Below, piece after piece: positions 58,097 to 64,000 of a DNA stretch of 64,000 nucleotides. The stretch covers positions 1,944 to 65,943 of the forward strand of contig NZ_CAMYMD010000100.1 in the NCBI RefSeq assembly GCF_947259555.1, read 5' to 3'. Made by a program: the position numbers and the translations under genes. The first letter of the stretch is position 1. Each line of letters starts with the position of its first letter. The DNA comes from an uncultured Roseovarius sp. Its GTDB lineage: Bacteria; Pseudomonadota; Alphaproteobacteria; Rhodobacterales; Rhodobacteraceae. The notes below the pieces were generated by a model. It saw nothing but the letters and a program-made list of their open reading frames with translations. It was not told the origin of the DNA and did no database searches.

Positions 58097-59185
58097 TTGT
58101 CACAAATCGAAACCTTTTATGACGTGATGCGCACACAGGGGATCACCCGGCGCAGTTTCATGAAATATTGCTCGCTCACCGCATCCGCGTTGGGCCTCGG
58201 CCCGGCCATGGTGCCGACCATTGCACATGCGATGGAGACCAAGCCGCGCACACCGGTGATCTGGCTCAATGGGCTGGAATGCACCTGCTGCTCCGAGAGC
58301 TTTATCCGGGGGGCGCATCCGCTGGCCAAGGATGTCGTCCTGTCGATGATCAGCCTCGACTATCAGCACGTGCTGATGGCTGCTGCCGGCCACGCCGCCG
58401 AGGCCGCCCTCGATGAGGCGATGGAGAAATACAAGGGCCAGTACATCCTGGCCGTGGAGGGTAACCCGCCGCTCAATGAAGACGGCATGTTCTGCATCTC
58501 TGCAGGCAAGCCCTTTGTCGAGAAGCTACGCCATGTCGCCAAGGACGCCAAGGCGATCATCAGCTGGGGGGCTTGTGCCTCTTACGGCTGTGTGCAGGCG
58601 GCCAAGCCGAACCCCACACAAGCGACACCCGTGCACAAGGTCATCACCGACAAGCCAATCATCAAGATCCCCGGTTGCCCGCCCATTGCCGAGGTCATGA
58701 CTGGCGTGATTACCTATATGCTGACCTTTGACCGTTTGCCCGAGCTGGACCGTCAGGGCCGCCCCGCGATGTTTTATGGCCAGCGTATTCACGACAAATG
58801 CTATCGTCGCCCGCATTTCGATGCCGGCCAGTTCATCGAAGAATGGGATGACGAAAACGCGCGCAAGGGCTATTGCCTCTACAAGATGGGGTGCAAAGGC
58901 CCGACCACCTACAATGCCTGCTCCACCATTGGCTGGAACGAGGGCACATCCTTCCCCATTGAATCCGGACATGGCTGTATCGGGTGTTCCGAGGACGGCT
59001 TTTGGGACCAGGGCAGTTTCTATGACCGCGTGACCGACCTGACGCAATTCGGGGTTGAGAAAAACGCCGATCAGGTGGGTCTTGTCGCCGCTGGTGTCGT
59101 TGGGACCGGCATTGCCGCCCATGCGGCAGTCTCGGCACTGAAGCAGGCGCAAAAGAAATCCCAATCCAGCAAAGAGGAGGTCTGA
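58097..59185 (+). CDS. hupS: uptake [NiFe]-hydrogenase small subunit
   Basis: Tat motif TRRSFMKYC. Strongly HupS-like throughout. TTG 58097 has GGAGGA at 6-nt spacing and gives [10 protein letters not shown]... An in-frame ATG at 58073 is the alternative start. Confidence 0.9.
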   Translation: MSQIETFYDVMRTQGITRRSFMKYCSLTASALGLGPAMVPTIAHAMETKPRTPVIWLNGLECTCCSESFIRGAHPLAKDVVLSMISLDYQHVLMAAAGHAAEAALDEAMEKYKGQYILAVEGNPPLNEDGMFCISAGKPFVEKLRHVAKDAKAIISWGACASYGCVQAAKPNPTQATPVHKVITDKPIIKIPGCPPIAEVMTGVITYMLTFDRLPELDRQGRPAMFYGQRIHDKCYRRPHFDAGQFIEEWDDENARKGYCLYKMGCKGPTTYNACSTIGWNEGTSFPIESGHGCIGCSEDGFWDQGSFYDRVTDLTQFGVEKNADQVGLVAAGVVGTGIAAHAAVSALKQAQKKSQSSKEEV

Positions 59186-59188
59186 GCC

Positions 59189-60979
59189 ATGACCATTACC
59201 CCAAACGGTTTTGAACTTGATAGCACAGGCCAGCGGATTGTGGTGGACCCGGTCACCCGGATTGAGGGCCATATGCGCTGTGAAGTGAATGTGGACGAGG
59301 AAGGTTTCATCCGCAACGCGGTCAGCACCGGGACGATGTGGCGCGGTCTTGAGGTGATCCTGAAGGGCCGCGATCCGCGCGATGCCTGGGCCTTTACCGA
59401 ACGGATTTGCGGGGTGTGCACAGGCACCCACGCTCTGACCTCCGTACGCGCGGTTGAGGATGCCCTGGGCATCACGATCCCGGAAAACGCCAACTCGATT
59501 CGCAACATGATGCAGCTGAACCTGCAAATTCATGACCACATCGTGCATTTCTATCACCTGCATGCGCTGGATTGGGTGAATCCGATCAACGCGCTTCGGG
59601 CTGATCCCAAGGCCACGTCAGAGTTGCAGCAGGCCGTCTCGCCCAATCATCCACTGTCATCGCCCGGCTATTTCCGGGATGTTCAGAACAGGCTCAAACA
59701 GTTCGTGGAGAGCGGACAGCTTGGCCTGTTCAAGAACGGCTATTGGGACAATCCGGCCTATCTTCTGCCGGCCGAGGCAGATCTGATGGCCACGACGCAT
59801 TATCTTGAGGCGCTGGACCTGCAAAAAGAGATCGTGAAAATTCACACCATCTTTGGTGGCAAGAACCCTCACCCCAACTGGCTGGTGGGCGGCGTGCCAT
59901 GCCCGATCAACGTGCATTCCACGGGCGCTGTCGGCGCGATCAACATGGAGCGTCTGAACCATGTCAGCTCGATCATCGACAAGTGCATTGAGTTCAACAA
60001 GAACGTCTATCTGCCCGATGTTGTGGCCATTGGCGGGTTCTATCGCAACTGGCTTTATGGCGGCGGCCTCAGCTCGCAGTCGGTGATGGCCTACGGCGAT
60101 ATCCCTGAGAATGCCAACGATTATTCCGCCGAAAACATGCACATGCCGCGCGGCGCGATCACCGGTGGTGATCTGAGCAACGTGCAGGAGGTGGATGTGC
60201 GCGATCCTGAACAAATTCAGGAATTTGTCGATCACAGCTGGTACGATTACGCCGAGCCCGGCAAGGGCCTGCACCCCTGGGATGGCGAGACCGAGCCGAA
60301 TTTTGAGCTGGGCCGCGCCACCAAGGGCACCCGCACCAATATCGAAGAGATCGACGAGGCGGCGAAATATAGCTGGATCAAGGCACCCCGCTGGCGCGGC
60401 AACGCGATGGAGGTTGGCCCGTTGGCGCGCTATCTGGTGGGCTATGCCAGTGGCCATGAAGAGATCACCGAACAGGTCACGGGCCTCTTGCGAACCATGG
60501 ACCTGCCGGTGGATGCGCTCTTCTCGACGCTCGGGCGCACCGCCGCACGGGCGCTGGAAAGCGAATACTGTGGCCGGTTGCAGAAGAAGTTCTTTGACAA
60601 GCTGGTGACCAATATCAAGAACGGCGATGAAAGCACTGCGAACGTCGCCAAATGGGACCCAAGCACATGGCCGAAAGAGGCCAAGGGAGTGGGCATGTCA
60701 GAGGCACCGCGTGGCGCTCTGGGCCACTGGGTGCGCATCAAGGACGGGCGGATTGAGAATTATCAATGCGTTGTTCCCACCACCTGGAACGGCAGCCCCC
60801 GCGACAGCAAAGGCAACATCGGCGCCTTTGAGGCCGCATTGATGAACACCAAGATGGAACGGCCCGAGGAACCGGTCGAAATCCTGCGCACGCTGCACAG
60901 TTTTGATCCCTGCCTGGCCTGTTCCACGCATGTCATGTCGCCCGATGGCGATGAATTGACCACTGTCAAAATCCGCTGA
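59189..60979 (+). CDS. hupL: uptake [NiFe]-hydrogenase large subunit
   Basis: [10 protein letters not shown] near the N-terminus. C-terminal DPCLACSTH followed by a 15-aa extension, [15 protein letters not shown]. Confidence 0.95.
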   Translation: MTITPNGFELDSTGQRIVVDPVTRIEGHMRCEVNVDEEGFIRNAVSTGTMWRGLEVILKGRDPRDAWAFTERICGVCTGTHALTSVRAVEDALGITIPENANSIRNMMQLNLQIHDHIVHFYHLHALDWVNPINALRADPKATSELQQAVSPNHPLSSPGYFRDVQNRLKQFVESGQLGLFKNGYWDNPAYLLPAEADLMATTHYLEALDLQKEIVKIHTIFGGKNPHPNWLVGGVPCPINVHSTGAVGAINMERLNHVSSIIDKCIEFNKNVYLPDVVAIGGFYRNWLYGGGLSSQSVMAYGDIPENANDYSAENMHMPRGAITGGDLSNVQEVDVRDPEQIQEFVDHSWYDYAEPGKGLHPWDGETEPNFELGRATKGTRTNIEEIDEAAKYSWIKAPRWRGNAMEVGPLARYLVGYASGHEEITEQVTGLLRTMDLPVDALFSTLGRTAARALESEYCGRLQKKFFDKLVTNIKNGDESTANVAKWDPSTWPKEAKGVGMSEAPRGALGHWVRIKDGRIENYQCVVPTTWNGSPRDSKGNIGAFEAALMNTKMERPEEPVEILRTLHSFDPCLACSTHVMSPDGDELTTVKIR

Positions 60980-60991
60980 AGGGGACCTTAG

Positions 60992-61561
60992 ATGAAAAAA
61001 CTTACACTTTCCGTTTTGTTGATCGCTTTGGCGGGTCCCGCGCTTGCCCATACCGGGCATGGCACCGCCTCGGGCTTGTCGCATGGGTTGGCACACCCCC
61101 TGCTGGGGCTTGACCATCTGCTGGCGATGCTTGCTGTCGGCTTATGGTCAGGGTTTGCGCTGACCAAGCGCGTTTGGCTGGGGGCCGCGGCGTTCATGAG
61201 TGCAATGATTGCGGGTGCGGCCCTGTCTTGGGCTGGCATCGGATTTCCGATGGTCGAAACAGCCATCACCCTTTCGATTGTGGTCTTTGGTCTGCTGACT
61301 TTGATGTCGAACCCGGGTCAAGCGCGCACGCTGACGGCGGTTTCTCTGGCGGCCATCGCGGCCTTCGCACTGGCTCATGGACACGCTCACGCAACCGAGG
61401 CTGCCGGAAGCGCCGCGGGCTATATGGCCGGGTTCCTTCTGGCGACAGGGGCTTTGCATCTTGTCGGCCTTGGCCTGGCGCGGACTATTGCCCAGCCGCT
61501 GGTGCAGCGCTCACTTGGGGCAGGTGTTGCGATGTCCGGCCTCTGGATGATGGTTGGGTGA
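60992..61561 (+). CDS. hupE: HupE/UreJ-family nickel transporter
   Basis: Signal peptide, then HTGHG..GL.HP..G.DH. 189 aa with 6 hydrophobic segments. Confidence 0.8.
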   Translation: MKKLTLSVLLIALAGPALAHTGHGTASGLSHGLAHPLLGLDHLLAMLAVGLWSGFALTKRVWLGAAAFMSAMIAGAALSWAGIGFPMVETAITLSIVVFGLLTLMSNPGQARTLTAVSLAAIAAFALAHGHAHATEAAGSAAGYMAGFLLATGALHLVGLGLARTIAQPLVQRSLGAGVAMSGLWMMVG

Positions 61562-61565
61562 GGCC

Positions 61566-62312
61566 ATGACAGATACCTCACCCCAATCGCTGGCCGGGAC
61601 GGACGCCGATGCCGAAGACCTGGCCCAGGTTACGCGCCAAACCTCGGTCTATGTCTACGAGGTGCCTGTGCGTCTGTGGCACTGGATCAACGCGCTGGCT
61701 ATTCTGACGCTGTGCATCACGGGCTATTTCATCGGCTCGCCGCCGCCCACGATGATCATCGCCGAGGCGACCCATCAGTTTGTCTTTGGCTATATCCGCT
61801 TTGCCCACTTCGCGGCGGGCTGGATTCTGGCCATCGGATTTCTGGGGCGGATGTACTGGGCAATCTTTGGCAATCACCACGCGCGGCAACTGTTTATCTT
61901 GCCTGTTTTCCGGGGCGAGTGGTGGCGCGAGATCTGGTTCGAAATCCGCTGGTATCTGTTTCTGGAAAAACAGCCCAAGAAATATGTCGGCCACAACCCG
62001 CTGGCGCAATTGGCGATGTTCTGTTTCATCACGCTGGGCGTGAGTTTCATGATCATAACCGGCTTTGCGCTGTATGGTGAAGGGCTGGGCCATGGCAGCT
62101 GGGCTGACATCATGTTTGGCTGGGTGTTCACACTCGTGGGTGGCAACAGCCATCTGGTGCACACCTATCACCACCTTGGTATGTGGTGGATCATTATCTT
62201 CATGGTGATCCATATCTATGTGGCGATCCGCGAAGACATCATGAGCCGTCAATCCATCGTTTCAACGATGATTTCCGGCCACCGGACCTTTAAGGATGAC
62301 AACCCCGATTAA
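61566..62312 (+). CDS. hupC: Ni/Fe-hydrogenase b-type cytochrome subunit
   Basis: ..VYVYEVPVRLWHWINALAI.. with 4 TM segments and conserved His residues. About 248 aa. Confidence 0.85.
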   Translation: MTDTSPQSLAGTDADAEDLAQVTRQTSVYVYEVPVRLWHWINALAILTLCITGYFIGSPPPTMIIAEATHQFVFGYIRFAHFAAGWILAIGFLGRMYWAIFGNHHARQLFILPVFRGEWWREIWFEIRWYLFLEKQPKKYVGHNPLAQLAMFCFITLGVSFMIITGFALYGEGLGHGSWADIMFGWVFTLVGGNSHLVHTYHHLGMWWIIIFMVIHIYVAIREDIMSRQSIVSTMISGHRTFKDDNPD

Positions 62313-62340
62313 GCCCTGGGGAAGACATTGAAATCGCTGA

Positions 62341-62370
62341 AAGGCGGGCGCATGAGTCGCCCGCCTTTTG
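62341..62370 (+). terminator. Rho-independent terminator after hupC
   Basis: AAGGCGGGCG-CATGAGT-CGCCCGCCTT running into TTTTG. Confidence 0.7.
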
Positions 62371-62379
62371 CATCTCCGG

Positions 62380-62602
62380 TTGGTTAACTTCCAGTAGGAA
62401 TGAATAGTGGATGAAATCTTACCGATATGAATGATGCGGCATTCCAGCGTATACGTATTACCTGTTGCAAATCAGAGTCTTACATAAAAACAGGGTCTGA
62501 GAAAAAATTAATAAATCCGCAAAAGTAAAAACCTTATTGTCACCTTGAGGAGCGAGCGGAAAGCCGATTTGCGCTTGAAAGGGACGATAGAGGGAGGAAA
62601 CG
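62380..62602 (+). promoter_or_regulatory. AT-rich spacer upstream of hupD (candidate internal promoter region)
   Basis: Visibly AT-rich compared with all flanking DNA. Contains an IHF-like AATCAGAGTCTTA (62470-62482, one mismatch to WATCAANNNNTTR). GAGGGAGG SD precedes the hupD ATG. Confidence 0.35.
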
Positions 62603-63211
62603 ATGGGGCAACATGCTCTCATTCTTGGCATCGGCAACGTGCTCTGGGCCGACGAAGGGTTTGGCGTTCGTTGTGTGGAAACCATGGCGCAGTCCTGGGC
62701 CTTTGATCACACCGTGAAAATTCTGGATGGCGGCACGCAGGGCCTGTACCTTCTGCCGTTTCTGGAAGAGGCCGATGTCCTTCTGGTCTTTGACGCAATT
62801 GACTACGGCCTGCCCCCCGGCACCATGAAGGTGATCGAGGGCGACGAGGTGCCCGCCTTCATGGGTGCCAAGAAGATGAGCCTGCATCAGACCGGTTTTC
62901 AGGACGTGATCGCAACCGCGCAATTGATGGGCTACTGCCCTGAAATCCTGATCCTGATCGGCTGTCAGCCGGTCGAGCTGGAAGATTACGGCGGGGGCCT
63001 GCGCGATATCGTGGCGGCCCGGATTGATCCGGCAATTGCCATCGCGCTGAAAAAACTGGCCGAGCATGGCATTCATGCCCGGCCCGGCAAGGGTGATGAC
63101 CGGTATCTGGCCGATGCCTCGATCCTGCGCGGCGCTTATGAGCAGGGCCGGCCATCGGAAGATGCCGCCTGCCGCACCGGGGATGACCGTTTCTTCCCGG
63201 CAGCGGAATAG
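62603..63211 (+). CDS. hupD: hydrogenase maturation endopeptidase (HyaD/HybD family)
   Basis: ..[20 protein letters not shown].. and ..DA.D.G..PG.. motifs. 202 aa. Confidence 0.85.
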   Translation: MGQHALILGIGNVLWADEGFGVRCVETMAQSWAFDHTVKILDGGTQGLYLLPFLEEADVLLVFDAIDYGLPPGTMKVIEGDEVPAFMGAKKMSLHQTGFQDVIATAQLMGYCPEILILIGCQPVELEDYGGGLRDIVAARIDPAIAIALKKLAEHGIHARPGKGDDRYLADASILRGAYEQGRPSEDAACRTGDDRFFPAAE

Positions 63212-63215
63212 CGCC

Positions 63216-63530
63216 ATGTGTGTCGGTGTTCCCATGCAATTGGCCTCGACCGACGGCATTGCGGGCAGGGCGGTTGCGACCAACGAGCTGATTGACCTGT
63301 CGCTGACCCCGGATGCCGCGCCCGGCGATTGGGTTCTGAATTTTTTGGGGGCCGCGCGCGAAGTGCTTGAGGCCGATGAGGCCGCCAAGATCAGCGCCGC
63401 CTTGGGCGGCCTGCGTGCGCTCATGGAAGGCCGCGATCTGGGCGATGCCTTCGCCGATCTCGAACAAACCGGACCGCGATTGCCCACACATTTGCAAGCC
63501 GCGCTGGACGCGGGCGAAACAACTGCCTGA
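63216..63530 (+). CDS. hupF: HupF/HypC-family hydrogenase chaperone
   Basis: N-terminal MCVGVPMQL is the HypC-family signature. 104 aa. Confidence 0.75.
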   Translation: MCVGVPMQLASTDGIAGRAVATNELIDLSLTPDAAPGDWVLNFLGAAREVLEADEAAKISAALGGLRALMEGRDLGDAFADLEQTGPRLPTHLQAALDAGETTA

Positions 63531-63542
63531 GGAGGTTACAAG

Positions 63543-63926
63543 ATGTCCCACCCGTTGATCACCCGATTAACACAAGACTTTGGCTGGCCATCGCTGGCGG
63601 ATATGGACGCTGTTGAGGCCTTCACCAAGGCCGCAGGCGTGCATGTCCTGTTTGTGCCGGGTGACGCCGCGCGCAACCTGGAAACCCCGGATGTCGCGGT
63701 GATATTGCCCGAGCTGCATGCGGCCTTTCAAAAGCAGTTTGATTGTGCCGTCATTGATGATGCTGTCGAACGCGAAGTCCGAAGTGAGACCACCGTGTTC
63801 AAGACCCCCAGCCTGATCTTCTACCGCGATGGTGAGATGATCGGCGCAATCCCGAAAGTGCGCGACTGGTCAGAATATGTCACCCGGATCGGTCAGATCC
63901 TGAACCTGCCCATCGCGGCCGAGTGA
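63543..63926 (+). CDS. hupG: HyaE/HupG-family hydrogenase expression protein
   Basis: 127 aa, thioredoxin-like, in the position after hupF expected for hupG. Confidence 0.65.
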   Translation: MSHPLITRLTQDFGWPSLADMDAVEAFTKAAGVHVLFVPGDAARNLETPDVAVILPELHAAFQKQFDCAVIDDAVEREVRSETTVFKTPSLIFYRDGEMIGAIPKVRDWSEYVTRIGQILNLPIAAE

Positions 63927-63936
63927 GGAAACCCCA

Positions 63937-64000
63937 ATGAGCAATTTCACCATGCCCCCCACCGGCTTTGGCCCCGGATCGCAGCCTTTGGATGACCAGG
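63937..64000 (+). CDS. hupH: HyaF/HupH-family protein, 5' end only (runs off the window)
   Basis: MSNFTMPPTGFGPGSQPLDDQ.. resembles HupH N-termini, and its position matches. Confidence 0.5.
   Translation, partial: MSNFTMPPTGFGPGSQPLDDQ

Noticed and set aside
1-64000. A search by eye for tRNA, rRNA, tmRNA and CRISPR arrays, and for intact prophage, integron or conjugation modules.
   Set aside because: I recognised none. Mobile-element content is limited to the fragments listed at 50.0-51.8 kb. A tRNAscan/Infernal run would be needed to exclude small RNA genes formally.

Overview
This is a high-GC alphaproteobacterial (Rhodobacteraceae-like) chromosomal window. All family calls come from reading motifs and architecture by eye, not from database searches. 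The stretch 1-38.3 kb is mostly core genes: DUF302 and TTC38-like genes; opgC-opgG-opgH (osmoregulated periplasmic glucans); a tightly packed minus-strand operon (TRAP transporter, amidase, 52-aa membrane ORF, 2-hydroxyacid dehydrogenase); pncB; serA-serC; ubiK; lgt-methyltransferase-pgeF; a split mnmC (mnmD plus FAD oxidoreductase, head to head); rlmH-rsfS; an MscS channel; an HDAC-like deacetylase; an MFS transporter; a secreted repeat+VWA protein carrying a near-perfect 264-bp tandem duplication; asd; DUF4139/MuiA-like and IalB-like genes; an asparaginase-II-like gene; a secreted EF-hand protein; and serB. The stretch 38.4-51.9 kb is a decayed accessory patch of pseudogene fragments, a Tn3-family end, a tyrosine-recombinase fragment and an IS5 remnant. 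It still holds an orphan nucleotidyltransferase-fold gene and a GlxA-associated GNAT-DUF1326-DUF2182-TPR operon of unknown function. The stretch 51.9-64 kb is the start of a Rhodobacter-type uptake [NiFe]-hydrogenase cluster: hupT-hupU-hupV-hypF-hupS-hupL-hupE-hupC, then a terminator and an AT-rich spacer, then hupD-hupF-hupG-hupH (partial). A structured repeat of about 205 bp occurs twice (6.7 kb and 33.0 kb). I recognised no rRNA, tRNA or CRISPR array. I did not find one clear-cut new system. The best candidates are the GlxA/DUF1326/DUF2182 operon, the TRAP-amidase operon, the orphan NTase-fold gene and the dispersed structured repeat.
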